Origin: Patescibacteria group bacterium | GTDB taxonomy: Bacteria > Patescibacteriota > Patescibacteriia > UBA9934 | Length of the DNA: 64,000 bases | NCBI GenBank assembly: GCA_041660165.1 | Contig: JBAZWW010000001.1 | Coordinates: 105,035-169,034, forward strand | Direction of reading: 5' to 3' | Shown here: piece by piece, positions 18,024 to 27,514 of the stretch | Layout: each line of letters begins with the position of its first letter | Position numbering within the stretch: the stretch's first letter is position 1 | Translations under genes and position numbers: made by a program | Notes under the pieces: model-generated | Told to the model about the DNA's origin: nothing | Seen by the model: the letters and a program-made list of their open reading frames with translations, nothing else | Database searches by the model: none

Positions 18024-18164
18024 TTACTTTTTTGCAGCCGCAGCTTTTTCAAGCTTAGCCAAGCGAACTGCCTTTTGCTTCCGGCGGCGGAATTCCGCTT
18101 CCTTTCGCTTCACGGCGAACATGGCGTTAATGTCCTTGCGGGAGGTGTGTTGTCGTTGGGGCAT
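18024..18164 (-). CDS. Small highly basic protein (46 aa)
   Basis: MPQRQHTSRKDINAMFAVKRKEAEFRRRKQKAVRLAKLEKAAAAKK; own TTGACG-N17-TATTAT promoter, leader hairpin and terminator. Confidence 0.65.
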   Translation of the reverse strand: MPQRQHTSRKDINAMFAVKRKEAEFRRRKQKAVRLAKLEKAAAAKK

Positions 18165-18313
18165 ATGTTGTGGGTGGGTAGGGGTCGACCCATGTGTCGA
18201 CCCAATATGCCGAGAATAATAATGGTCAGGGGCGAATTCGTCAAGTCTTAGCTGAATATAAATTACGAAAGCCGGCAGCGTGGTTCTGCCGGCTGATTGA
18301 GCCGAGTAGCGGG

Positions 18314-18922
18314 CTACTTCGGCTTGGTGGTGGCGTCCGTCAGCTTCAGCTCGATCGCTTTGCTGAGCGGAATCCATCCTCCGCGGTGCTTGGGGCAGTC
18401 GCTCGGCCGTACGTGCGAGTAGTCCATCCAGGCCGGGTCTAGCACTTGGGGATCGAACCCGTTGACTTCGCCCTTCACGAGAATGCGCTGACCAGCAAAC
18501 TCGTTCTCTGAACCATGCAGGTCTGGGTACTCCCGGGGGATGATGAAGAAGGAGCCAATCATGGGTCCCTCCGTGGCGTAGAAGACCATGGTTTCCGGGA
18601 TGGCGGGCGGGAGCGGAAACGTACCGTCCGTGTAGCCCAGCTCGATGGCCGCTTCCCGGCTCACGTAGTGGCCACAACTTGCCGGCGCGTTCTTTTTCAT
18701 GTACGCAAGCCAGCCGGGGTTCATGATTTCCAGCTCGCTCCGACAGGATGCGAACATGAGCGGGCGTTGGCTGTCAGGAAACGTAGATACGGCATCCTTG
18801 CAGGGACGGAGGTTGGCCGAGGCCAACACGACTTCGTCGAAATAGAACCCCTTCATGCTCCCTTCCGTGGCGATGAACACTTCGCCTCTTTTCGGGTACA
18901 CGAGCGCTGTCAGATCCGACAT
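18314..18922 (-). CDS. Orphan protein with internal tandem domain duplication
   Basis: GGGAGG SD, TTGACT-N17-TAACCT promoter, 3' hairpin; repeated VFxATEGxMxG motif. Confidence 0.75.
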   Translation of the reverse strand: MSDLTALVYPKRGEVFIATEGSMKGFYFDEVVLASANLRPCKDAVSTFPDSQRPLMFASCRSELEIMNPGWLAYMKKNAPASCGHYVSREAAIELGYTDGTFPLPPAIPETMVFYATEGPMIGSFFIIPREYPDLHGSENEFAGQRILVKGEVNGFDPQVLDPAWMDYSHVRPSDCPKHRGGWIPLSKAIELKLTDATTKPK

Positions 18923-19023
18923 GTAACCTCCCTAGTCGCAAGTGAATGGCCGAGAGAGGTTAGCGAAAAAATCTCAAGAAGTCAACTTGACAGATCTACA
19001 GAAATGCACGAAAACTAGGCTAT

Positions 19024-20517
19024 ATGACTATCAATATTGAGCGGGGGACGGCGGGGACGGCGGGAGCGAATCTGCTAGTGATTCCGATTTTTGGGGGGAA
19101 GACGTTTACGCTGAAGAGCATCAAGGGGATTCCGGATGATATGTTTGATAGATTTTTGGTGCTGGCTGAGCGGGCCGAGTTTGCCGGCAAAGCGAATGAG
19201 ACGGTCTATCTTCAGTTGCCGGTTGGCAGAAATGCTGACGGTATTCTCGTCATCGGTCTGGGCGAGAAGGGGAAGGACGTAGCGGGTGCGGTGCGCGAGG
19301 TTGTGGGGACGGCGGGAGCATTTGCTCGCCGGGGCGGGATGAAATCCGTGGCGCTCATCCTGCCGAAGGAACTGGCGAAAGCGAATGTCATTGACGCGAT
19401 TGCTACGGCGATTCATCTGGGCGAGTACTCATTCGACATGTACAAAAAAGAGCCGAGCAAAAAGCATCTCGATTCATTTTCGATTGTTATCGAGGACAGG
19501 AAGCAGTTGCTGGCGTTCAGAAAAATTGTCGAGCACGCCGAGACGGTATGTGACGGCGTCACGGTGGCGCGAGACCTGGTCAACACGCCCGCGCAGGAGA
19601 TGACGCCTACGCATTTGGCGGAAGCGGCGTTGGAAATTGCTAAAGTCTCAAACGAGCTCATTACCGTCAAAATCCTCGACGCCAAGGAATGCAAAGCGTT
19701 GGGCATGGGCGCCTATCTAGCGGTGGCGCAGGGGAGTGACGAAGCGCCAAAGTTCATTCACTTGATTTACACCTCGCCAAGACCCTCAAAAAAGACGATC
19801 GCCGTTGTCGGCAAAGGAATCACTTTTGATTCGGGTGGTCTGTCGCTCAAGCCGGCTGACGGCATGATGACCATGAAGTGCGACATGGCTGGCGCGGCCT
19901 CAGTGCTTGGCTTCTTTGCCACGTTGTCGCGGATCAAACCGCGCGTTAATATTCACGGCGTGATCGCTGCCACTGAAAATATGCCGAGCGGGAAAGCCAT
20001 TCGGCCAGGCGACATTGTGAAATCCATGAATGGAAAAACCGTCGAGATCCTGAATACCGATGCTGAAGGACGCCTCGTCCTCGCCGATTCCATGACGTAC
20101 ATCCAGCGCGAAGTGAAACTCGACGCCATGGTTGACCTGGCAACACTCACCGGTGCTGTTGTCGTAGCTCTCGGCGAAGAAGTTTCCGGCGTCATGGGCA
20201 ATGACAAAAAATTGATGAAAGAAATATTGTCGAGCGCCGGTTTGGTTGGCGAACAAACATGGGAATTACCGCTCGTTGAAAGGTACTCAGTACTTATGAA
20301 GTCCGAGCACGCTGATCTAAAAAATATTTCGAGTACAAAATACGGCGGATGCCTAACCGCCGGCTCTTTCCTGGCCGAATTTGTTGAGAACACTCCCTGG
20401 GTTCACTGGGACATTGCCGGCCCGGCCTTTGCAGAAAAGCCCCTGTCGAGCTATCTCGGCAAGGGCGGGACTGGTTTTGGGGTACGAACACTAGTCGAAT
20501 GGGTTCGTGAGATGTAA
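19024..20517 (+). CDS. pepA: Leucyl aminopeptidase (M17)
   Basis: GKGITFDSGG, MKCDMAG, NTDAEGRL, ATLTGA. Confidence 0.97.
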   Translation: MTINIERGTAGTAGANLLVIPIFGGKTFTLKSIKGIPDDMFDRFLVLAERAEFAGKANETVYLQLPVGRNADGILVIGLGEKGKDVAGAVREVVGTAGAFARRGGMKSVALILPKELAKANVIDAIATAIHLGEYSFDMYKKEPSKKHLDSFSIVIEDRKQLLAFRKIVEHAETVCDGVTVARDLVNTPAQEMTPTHLAEAALEIAKVSNELITVKILDAKECKALGMGAYLAVAQGSDEAPKFIHLIYTSPRPSKKTIAVVGKGITFDSGGLSLKPADGMMTMKCDMAGAASVLGFFATLSRIKPRVNIHGVIAATENMPSGKAIRPGDIVKSMNGKTVEILNTDAEGRLVLADSMTYIQREVKLDAMVDLATLTGAVVVALGEEVSGVMGNDKKLMKEILSSAGLVGEQTWELPLVERYSVLMKSEHADLKNISSTKYGGCLTAGSFLAEFVENTPWVHWDIAGPAFAEKPLSSYLGKGGTGFGVRTLVEWVREM

Positions 20518-20518
20518 T

Positions 20519-20605
20519 CCCATCCTGAGTGCAACTGTCATCTCGAGCAAAGCGAGAGATCCGCATTGGCCGGCCAATCAGATCCCTCCTCACGTCGGGA
20601 TGACA
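20519..20605. repeat. Palindromic element (GTCATC...GATGAC type)
   Basis: GTCATCTCGAGCAAAGCGAGAGATC...GATCCCTCCTCACGTCGGGATGAC; closest relative of the in-frame copy at 35473. Confidence 0.85.
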
Positions 20606-21130
20606 TTACGCCTTACCGAGCGTCTTCTCCCCCGGTTCCCACTCAACTGGACACAGTTCGCCAGACTGCAGGGCTTTAAGTACTCGATAAACTTCTTTGA
20701 CGCTTCGGCCAACCGAACCGGCGGAGATGACCGCGTATTTAACGATGCCTTCTGGGTTGATGATGAAGAGACCGCGGTCAGCACTGCCGTCATCCTCATT
20801 CAACACGCCGTAATTTCTAGAAACCTGTTGCGTCGTATCGGCAAGGATTGGATACTCGACCTCCTGCAAATCAGCTTGAAACCAGGTCTTGTGCGACCAT
20901 TCGGAATCAGTTGACGCCGAAAGAATCTTTGCGCCAAGTTTGCCAAAATCCGCCTCCATTTTAGCGAATCCCCTGATTTCGGTCGGGCAGATAAAGGTGA
21001 AGTCCCTTGGGTAAAAGAAGAGGATGAGCCAAGAGCCTTTATAGGTCTGCAGGCTGACCTTGGTGAATTCGCCTTTACAGTATGCGGTTACGTTGCTAAA
21101 ATCCGGTGCAGGTTTGTTGATTGAGATCAT
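20606..21130 (-). CDS. ahpC: 2-Cys peroxiredoxin
   Basis: FFYPRDFTFICPTE and LCPVEW. Confidence 0.95.
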   Translation of the reverse strand: MISINKPAPDFSNVTAYCKGEFTKVSLQTYKGSWLILFFYPRDFTFICPTEIRGFAKMEADFGKLGAKILSASTDSEWSHKTWFQADLQEVEYPILADTTQQVSRNYGVLNEDDGSADRGLFIINPEGIVKYAVISAGSVGRSVKEVYRVLKALQSGELCPVEWEPGEKTLGKA

Positions 21131-21190
21131 AGTGTGAGAAGTATACAGGATGAACACAGATTGAATTAGCGTGACAGATTTAACACAGAT

Positions 21191-22420
21191 ATGAAAAAAA
21201 TCAAGCAATTTATCCCGCTTATAGTTGGCGTCCTGGTCATCCTTATCCTCATTGGCGTGCGCGCTTGGGGCCTGTCGCATCTGCCAAAGGATGGACGCTG
21301 GCCAAACGTGGCCGGGGGCATGTATGACAAGCCGGTCATGAAAAACGGCGTGGAGTATTATGTTCCACCGGATGAGATTTATGAGAATGGCTTGGGCAAG
21401 AACGGTCTTCCTGCACTCAACTCCGCTACGTATGTAACGGTGGCGGTGGCTGATGACGTGCTCGCAGACGACGTTGAGGGCATTGACGTTGCGGTGAACG
21501 GCAAACACCGCTTCTATTCATTTCAAATTTTGAACTGGCACGGGTTGGTGAATGACCGCTTTGGCGACAAAGATTTGCTCGTATCGTACTCCTCGCTCTG
21601 CGGGAGCGCGGTGGTTTATGACCGGGTAGTTGAAGACGGCATCACTAGAACCTTTGGCGACAACGGCCAGGTCTATAACAACTGCCCGGTGCTGTACGAT
21701 GACAAGTCAGAAGAGTTGTGGGATCAGGCTAACGGCCTGCTTATTTCCGGCCATGAGCACAGCATGCGCCTGGCCCGTTACCCTAGCGCGGTGCTGACCT
21801 GGTCTGCTTGGAAGGACGCTAACCCGAATGGGGAAGTGCTCTCAACTGAGACAGGTTTCACGCGCGATTACCGCCGTCATCCGTACGGGAATTACGACAA
21901 GAATGCGTCGCTCTTTTTCCCGACCAATAAAACGGATGCCCGCTTGGCTGTGAAGGATTTTGTGGATGATTATGAACTGGATTACTACGGTGAGGTTCAT
22001 GTGGGAGCCAGCGCTAAATTCCTGTCCTTCGCTAAAGAGCCAAACTACACCATGGATTCCTTCGGACCAGGCGGTTCATTTGTGGTGGACTTCACCGCCT
22101 TTGTTGATGCGAACAATAAAGCTCATCTCTTCAGCCGTTCTGTGGACGGCCAGCTGTTGACCTTTGTTCGCGAGAACAATGAGATCAAGGATAAGGAAAC
22201 GGATTCCCGCTGGACGGCCAATGGCCTTTGCATTAAAGGTAAAATGAAAGGCAAGAAATTGGACGAGATGAAGCCAACCGGGCGCTACTTCGCCTTTGCA
22301 TATGTATCGCACTTCCCAAAAGCTACTTTGCTTGGCGCGGACGCGTATGATCTTGAGCAGGCTAAGGCTGAAACTCCTAAGGCTGTAAATCCGCCAACTG
22401 AAATCAATGTCACACCCTAA
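21191..22420 (+). CDS. DUF3179-family exported protein
   Basis: ILNWH.LVND, SLCGSA, LYD..SEELWDQ, TGFTRDY.RHPY. Confidence 0.85.
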   Translation: MKKIKQFIPLIVGVLVILILIGVRAWGLSHLPKDGRWPNVAGGMYDKPVMKNGVEYYVPPDEIYENGLGKNGLPALNSATYVTVAVADDVLADDVEGIDVAVNGKHRFYSFQILNWHGLVNDRFGDKDLLVSYSSLCGSAVVYDRVVEDGITRTFGDNGQVYNNCPVLYDDKSEELWDQANGLLISGHEHSMRLARYPSAVLTWSAWKDANPNGEVLSTETGFTRDYRRHPYGNYDKNASLFFPTNKTDARLAVKDFVDDYELDYYGEVHVGASAKFLSFAKEPNYTMDSFGPGGSFVVDFTAFVDANNKAHLFSRSVDGQLLTFVRENNEIKDKETDSRWTANGLCIKGKMKGKKLDEMKPTGRYFAFAYVSHFPKATLLGADAYDLEQAKAETPKAVNPPTEINVTP

Positions 22421-23078
22421 AGGCCAGCTCTTCATTGTTGCCACGCCCATCGGCAACCTGGGTGATATTTCAGCGCGCGCTAAGGAGATTTTGTCGAGCG
22501 TAGATCTCGTGCTGTGCGAGGATACAAGAGTGACGAGCAAGCTCTTGGCAGCACTCGAGATTACGCCGAGCACGATGAGCTTTCACGAGCACACTGATCC
22601 TCTGAAACGAAAACAAATTGTCGATAGACTCGTTAACGGATCGAGAATCGCCCTCGTCACTGACGCTGGCACTCCGGCCATCTCTGACCCCGGCGGTTTC
22701 CTCGTTAAGGATGCCGTTGACGCGGACATCGAGGTTACGCCCATCCCCGGGCCAAGTGCCGTGATCGCCGCGCTTTCGGTTTCTGGCTTCGCGATCGACA
22801 GATTTACTTTTCTAGGTTTCCCCCCGCACAAAAAAGGGCGCAATGGCTTCTTTGCTGACATCGCCGGCCTTGAGCACGCGGTGGTATTGTATGAATCGAC
22901 TCACCGCATCACGAAAACGCTCGAAGCCCTCAAAGAACTCGGCCGACCGCTCGTAGTTTGTCGAGAGCTCACGAAGATGCATGAGACAATCTATCGAGGG
23001 AGCGCGGAGGAGATTCTGAAAAAACTTGATGAGACGAGTACAAAGGGCGAGTTCGTGATCGTGGTTGGGAGGGTGTGA
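22407..23078 (+). CDS. rsmI: 16S rRNA C1402 2'-O-methyltransferase
   Basis: VATPIGNLGDIS, CEDTR, DAGTPAISDPG, RELTKMHE. Confidence 0.97.
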   Translation: MSHPKGQLFIVATPIGNLGDISARAKEILSSVDLVLCEDTRVTSKLLAALEITPSTMSFHEHTDPLKRKQIVDRLVNGSRIALVTDAGTPAISDPGGFLVKDAVDADIEVTPIPGPSAVIAALSVSGFAIDRFTFLGFPPHKKGRNGFFADIAGLEHAVVLYESTHRITKTLEALKELGRPLVVCRELTKMHETIYRGSAEEILKKLDETSTKGEFVIVVGRV

Positions 23079-23085
23079 CGCCGAG

Positions 23086-23183
23086 TCATCCTGAGGAGCT
23101 TTCAGCGACGAAGGAGCTGATTGGTCGCTCAGATTGGACCGACGTATTCGACCCTGACGTAAGGAAGGGTCTAGAGGTGGCGG
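23086..23183. repeat. Composite palindromic element left of gene 23199
   Basis: GTCATCCTGAGGAGC.. half plus GACCCTGACGTAAGGAAGGGTCTAGAGGTGGCGG. Confidence 0.8.
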
Positions 23184-23198
23184 ATTGGATAAAGAATT

Positions 23199-23561
23199 AT
23201 GAAATATCGCGGGCTACTACTTAAAGAGGGGCTAACCGACGAGACGATTCTCAATGATCTTGTTATTACAAAAACCGATTATTGGGATGTAAAAAATTCC
23301 TCGGCAGATCAGCCCAAGCAATGGACCGCTGTTTCATTTGAAGTCGAAGGAGATCGAGCTGACGTCATTGCGGAAAACCTAAGCAATGTTCTGAAGCCAA
23401 CGGGCTGGTACCTAAACATGAATAGCAATGATACGGTTATGGTTGTATTTCCGGGGAAGGTTTTTAAATATCTTAAGGGGGATAGCGCAAAACGTGCTGA
23501 AGCTATAGAATTCGGAAGGAGCATCGAGATTCCGGATAGTCAGCTCGATTGGGAGGAATAA
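23199..23561 (+). CDS. Hypothetical protein bracketed by inverted repeat elements
   Basis: 120-aa ORF ending A..FGRSIEIPDSQLDW, relatively AT-rich. Confidence 0.75.
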   Translation: MKYRGLLLKEGLTDETILNDLVITKTDYWDVKNSSADQPKQWTAVSFEVEGDRADVIAENLSNVLKPTGWYLNMNSNDTVMVVFPGKVFKYLKGDSAKRAEAIEFGRSIEIPDSQLDWEE

Positions 23562-23562
23562 C

Positions 23563-23596
23563 CACCGCCTCTAGACCCTTCCTCACGTCAGGGTCT
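23563..23596. repeat. Inverted copy of the element right of gene 23199
   Basis: Reverse complement reads GACCCTGACGTGAGGAAGGGTCTAGAGGCGGTG. Confidence 0.8.
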
Positions 23597-23627
23597 GGCC
23601 CAGCGCACGGGAACCGCCGAAAAATAT

Positions 23628-25067
23628 ATGCCCAATTATTACATCACCACAACGCTTCCGTACGTTAACGCTGATCCGCATATTGGCCATGCGATTGAGT
23701 TCATTCAGGCGGATGCGATTGCTCGATATCGACGGTCACTCGGGGACGAGGTCATTTTTAATACCGGTACAGACGAGCACGGGCAGAAGATTTATAAGAA
23801 GGCGCTTGAGCTTGGCGTCGAACCGAAAATCTATTGCGACATGTTCGCGGTGAAATTTGAGGCACTCCGCGAGTCTCTGAATTTATCGTACACGAACTTC
23901 ATTCGCACTACTGACCCGAAGCATATTGCGGCGGCTCAGGAATTCTGGAAGCGTTGTGATGCGTCCGGCGATATCTATAAGAAGCAATATCAAACGAAGT
24001 ATTGCGTCGGTTGCGAGCTCGAAAAGACGGACTCGGATCTCGTTGACGGTAAGTGTCCGGTGCACCCAAAGATGGAGATTGAAATGCGTGATGAGGAAAA
24101 CTACTTCTTCCGCTGGTCAAAGTATGAGAAAGCAATTATCGACTATTACGCTGAGCATCCCGATTTTGTTGTTCCCAAAGAAAAGTTCAATGAAATTAAA
24201 AACTTTGTAAAAGGCGGGCTGAACGATTTTAGTATCTCGCGCCTCAAAGAAAAGATGCCGTGGGGCATTGCAGTGCCCGGTGATGAAGATCATGTCATGT
24301 ACGTGTGGTTTGATGCGCTCGTCAATTACATTTCCACGCTCGACTGGCCAGCCAAGGGAAACTTTGAAAAGTTTTGGCCTGGCGTTCAAGTGGCCGGCAT
24401 AGACAATCTGAGACAGCAGAGCGCCATGTGGCAGGGGATGCTTTTCTCGGCCGGTTTGCCAATGAGCAAACAGATTTTTATTCACTCGTTCATCACCGTG
24501 AACGGCCAGAAGATGAGCAAGTCGCTTGGCAACGTGATTAACCCGAAGGATCTCGTTGAGAAATACGGAACTGATGCGGTTCGTTATTTCTTGTTGCGCG
24601 AAATGCCGTACGGGACTGACGGGGACTATTCTGAGATGCGGATGGAGGAACGATACAACGAACTCGCAAATAACCTTGGCAACCTGGCCGGCCGGGTAGC
24701 TGCTATGGCGAACAAATATTTTGACGGCATGGTCGGCGAGGTACCGTTCGGCCATACTGATCTCGACGCTTCACTCGACGCCTCCATGCGCGAGTACAAT
24801 TTCAAGCAATATATCGAGCATGTGTGGACGGTGGTTGATTCTGCGAATCATAAAATCGACGTTGAAGCTCCCTTCAGACTCGTCAAAACAGATCCCGACG
24901 GCGCTAAGAAATCCCTGGCCGAGCTGGCGTCCATGATCCGCTGGATCGCCACGTCTCTTGCCCCGATTATTCCTGGCACCTCAGCAGAGATCCTAAAGAG
25001 ATATACTAGTGAGCGGTTGATTCACGGAGAGCCGTTGTTTCCGAAGAGGGACGCGAAGTCATCCTGA
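23628..25067 (+). CDS. metG: Methionyl-tRNA synthetase
   Basis: YVNADPHIGH, GTDEHG, YVWFDAL, KMSKS. Confidence 0.98.
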   Translation: MPNYYITTTLPYVNADPHIGHAIEFIQADAIARYRRSLGDEVIFNTGTDEHGQKIYKKALELGVEPKIYCDMFAVKFEALRESLNLSYTNFIRTTDPKHIAAAQEFWKRCDASGDIYKKQYQTKYCVGCELEKTDSDLVDGKCPVHPKMEIEMRDEENYFFRWSKYEKAIIDYYAEHPDFVVPKEKFNEIKNFVKGGLNDFSISRLKEKMPWGIAVPGDEDHVMYVWFDALVNYISTLDWPAKGNFEKFWPGVQVAGIDNLRQQSAMWQGMLFSAGLPMSKQIFIHSFITVNGQKMSKSLGNVINPKDLVEKYGTDAVRYFLLREMPYGTDGDYSEMRMEERYNELANNLGNLAGRVAAMANKYFDGMVGEVPFGHTDLDASLDASMREYNFKQYIEHVWTVVDSANHKIDVEAPFRLVKTDPDGAKKSLAELASMIRWIATSLAPIIPGTSAEILKRYTSERLIHGEPLFPKRDAKSS

Positions 25068-25170
25068 CGCACTGTCATCCCGAGCAGAGCGAGGGATCTG
25101 AATTGGCCGGCCAATGCAGATCTCTCGGCCGTCGGACGGCCTCGAGATGACAATTACGCTCAGGATGACA
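25058..25170. repeat. Nested palindromic element supplying the metG stop codon
   Basis: GTCATCCTGA..GTCATCCCGAGCAGAGCGAGGGATCT...GAGATGAC..TCAGGATGAC. Confidence 0.85.
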
Positions 25171-25179
25171 ATACCGCCT

Positions 25180-25659
25180 ATGAACTCGATAATTGTTGAC
25201 ATCATCTTCTTAGTCCTCGCCCTTCTTCTTGCCCTCCAGGGCTGGAAACAGGGTTTTGTTAGGATGGGCGGAAGTTTGATCGCACTCGTCATCAGTGTTG
25301 TGCTCGCTACATGGGGTGTGGCGTGGATCGAGTCGGTGACTGGCTGGCGTATTAGCGCGAATCCTGTGGTGTTTGTACTCGTGTTCCTGCTCGTGACGCT
25401 TATTTTGACCAAGCTGATGGGTTTAGCAATTACGCTCCTCGACCTTGTCAGAAAAATAGTTTCTATCATCCCCGGCATCGGCATTCTGAACAGCATTCTC
25501 GGCTTTATCGTCGGCGCGCTTGAGGCTGGCATGATTGCTCTGGCCATTGCGTACGCAACCGTGAATTTCTTTCCGGCGAGTCAGGTCAGAACAGCTCTCG
25601 TGCAATCTAGAACGATTTCTACCGCGGTTGATGTGCTCGTGAGGATGAATGTGCTTTAG
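25180..25659 (+). CDS. CvpA-family membrane protein
   Basis: DII..........GWKQGFV, LNSILGFIVGA. Confidence 0.85.
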   Translation: MNSIIVDIIFLVLALLLALQGWKQGFVRMGGSLIALVISVVLATWGVAWIESVTGWRISANPVVFVLVFLLVTLILTKLMGLAITLLDLVRKIVSIIPGIGILNSILGFIVGALEAGMIALAIAYATVNFFPASQVRTALVQSRTISTAVDVLVRMNVL

Positions 25660-25677
25660 CCCGGTCGCGATGCTTCG

Positions 25678-25772
25678 TCCCACCCCGACGTGAGGAGGGG
25701 TAGCATGGAGGCCGTTGGATCAGATCGAATTTCAGTAACCAATTCGACCCCTCCTTACGTCGGGGTGGGAAC
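25678..25772. repeat. Palindromic element (TCCCA...TGGGA type)
   Basis: TCCCACCCCGACGTGAGGAGGGGT...ACCCCTCCTTACGTCGGGGTGGGA. Confidence 0.85.
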
Positions 25773-25794
25773 CATTTTGAGACAACCGACCACT

Positions 25795-26670
25795 ATGAAA
25801 TTTATAGACACTCACTGTCACGTTCACTTCCAGGCCTACAAGGATGACATGGATGAGGTTGTTAAACGCTCGCTTGGAAAAGGCGTGGGCATGATTACGG
25901 TTGGGACGCAATCGACCACGAGTAAGAACGGCATCGCACTCGCCGAAAGGTATGACGGCGTGTGGTGTACCATCGGTCTCCACCCGAACCACCTGCATGC
26001 GCAAGAATTCCTCGATGAGGATGAGCTACCGGCTTTAGACCCCGACGCCAGGAGGGGCCTAGAGGTGGTTGCTACGAAAATCAAAACTCGCGCTGAAAAA
26101 TTTGACGCCGAGTATTACAAACCGCTCGTGACTCATCCGAAGGTTGTAGCTATCGGCGAGTTTGGACTCGACTATTTCCGCGTTCCGCCGAGCGTGAACC
26201 TTGAACAATTAAAATTCGATCAAGCCAGTGCTGTGCGCGAGCAGTTGCGCTTTGCCTCGCAATTCAACAAACCGATTGTTATCCATTGCCGTGACGCCCA
26301 CGCTGATCAGTGGCAACTGCTGAAGGAGGAAATTGACAGAGGTGGGATCGCCAAGAGGGGAGTAATCCACTGCTTCACGGGTACCGCCGAGGAAGCCTCG
26401 AAATATCGAGAGCTCGGTTTCCTTGTGTCATTTACCGGCATCGTTACCTTTGGCAAAAATGTTATGGCCACGGCCCGTGAGGTCCCGCTTGACCAAATCC
26501 TGATTGAAACTGATTCGCCATATCTCACCCCAGCGCCGAACAGAGGCAAGAGAAATGAACCGAGCAATGTGGTCTATGTTGCCGAGACGATTGCCAAGCT
26601 GAAGGGAATCTCAGTGGACGAGGTGGCGCGAGTAACGACGGAGAATGCGATGAAGCTTTTCGGGCTGTAG
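25795..26670 (+). CDS. tatD: TatD-family DNase with in-frame repeat insertion
   Basis: IDTHCH, GLHP, AIGEFGLDY, IHCRDA, IHCF, ETDSPYL. Confidence 0.95.
   Translation: MKFIDTHCHVHFQAYKDDMDEVVKRSLGKGVGMITVGTQSTTSKNGIALAERYDGVWCTIGLHPNHLHAQEFLDEDELPALDPDARRGLEVVATKIKTRAEKFDAEYYKPLVTHPKVVAIGEFGLDYFRVPPSVNLEQLKFDQASAVREQLRFASQFNKPIVIHCRDAHADQWQLLKEEIDRGGIAKRGVIHCFTGTAEEASKYRELGFLVSFTGIVTFGKNVMATAREVPLDQILIETDSPYLTPAPNRGKRNEPSNVVYVAETIAKLKGISVDEVARVTTENAMKLFGL
26035..26068. repeat. In-frame palindromic element inside tatD
   Basis: TTAGACCCCGACGCCAGGAGGGGCCTAGAGGTGG encoding LDPDARRGLEV. Confidence 0.75.
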
Positions 26671-26673
26671 AAG

Positions 26674-26715
26674 AATATATAAAACACTGATTATATAAGA
26701 TACTTATATAATTTC
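26674..26715. repeat. AT-rich palindrome, copy 2
   Basis: ATTATATAAG-ATA-CTTATATAAT; 38/42 identical to 6432-6473. Confidence 0.75.
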
Positions 26716-26795
26716 CGCTCTCCTATTGTTTCCTCCCCAAAATCAGAAACCGCCCAGCACGTAGGACCTGGACGGTTCCTGTTGTGCGCGGGCGG

Positions 26796-27323
26796 TTAGT
26801 CGTCCACGCAGCTGTGCTCGTCCCAATGTTCGTTGCAGAGCGCAACCAGCTCGGGGCAGGTTTCACGCAACGTTTCGCTGTCATACTTCCGCATGACGTT
26901 CACGATCAGATCGAGGCGTTCGCCGTAGGAAGCGATCGCGGACTCCTCCGAAACCTCTTCCGTGAGGAGAAGCTTCAGGAGCCCTAGAGCGGCGTTTTCA
27001 TGGAGCAACGCTGTTACGGCGGAGGCTGACTGGCCTAGTATCAGGCCGTTGATCTCGGCCATTCTGCCACTGATGTGCTCCAGGATCTCCGTCCTCTCGT
27101 CTTTTTCATCGCGGTCGTATTTACCGCTAACTCTCTGAGCCGCGGAGAGGGAGAGGACGCCCATGAGCAAGCTCCCCACGAGGAGGGGGAAATTGGCCGT
27201 CTGGTGTTCCTTTCTGAGGAGATCCAACTCGCTCGCAAACAGCAGGGCATTGAAGGCCAGTGAGAACAACAGCGCCATGAGTATGAGGCCATCAAGTTCG
27301 TTCGGTGGCTCGTCATCAACCAT
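26796..27323 (-). CDS. Orphan protein with two N-terminal TM helices
   Basis: GAGG SD, TTGACT-N17-TATGCT promoter, 3' hairpin. Confidence 0.65.
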   Translation of the reverse strand: MVDDEPPNELDGLILMALLFSLAFNALLFASELDLLRKEHQTANFPLLVGSLLMGVLSLSAAQRVSGKYDRDEKDERTEILEHISGRMAEINGLILGQSASAVTALLHENAALGLLKLLLTEEVSEESAIASYGERLDLIVNVMRKYDSETLRETCPELVALCNEHWDEHSCVDD

Positions 27324-27514
27324 CACGCACCTCAGTGAAAATGTGAATTGAAACGGGCTCCAGCATAGCCCTTTTCCCACAAAAAGTCAACCCCGCCAAC
27401 CTGAAAAAGCAAGCAGAAAATGAGCACGAGATCACATAAGACACAGATTACATTAGCAACCCTGTGCGTATTCCTTGACCTATTTTCCGCTCGCCCGTAT
27501 ACTACTGGCGTTTT

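Noticed and set aside
20606-21508. 300-aa peroxiredoxin ORF and other long 5' extensions (cvpA 25114, tatD 25690, helicase 34861, 38014)
   Set aside because: The extensions run through neighbouring genes or repeats, and family homology begins at downstream ATGs.
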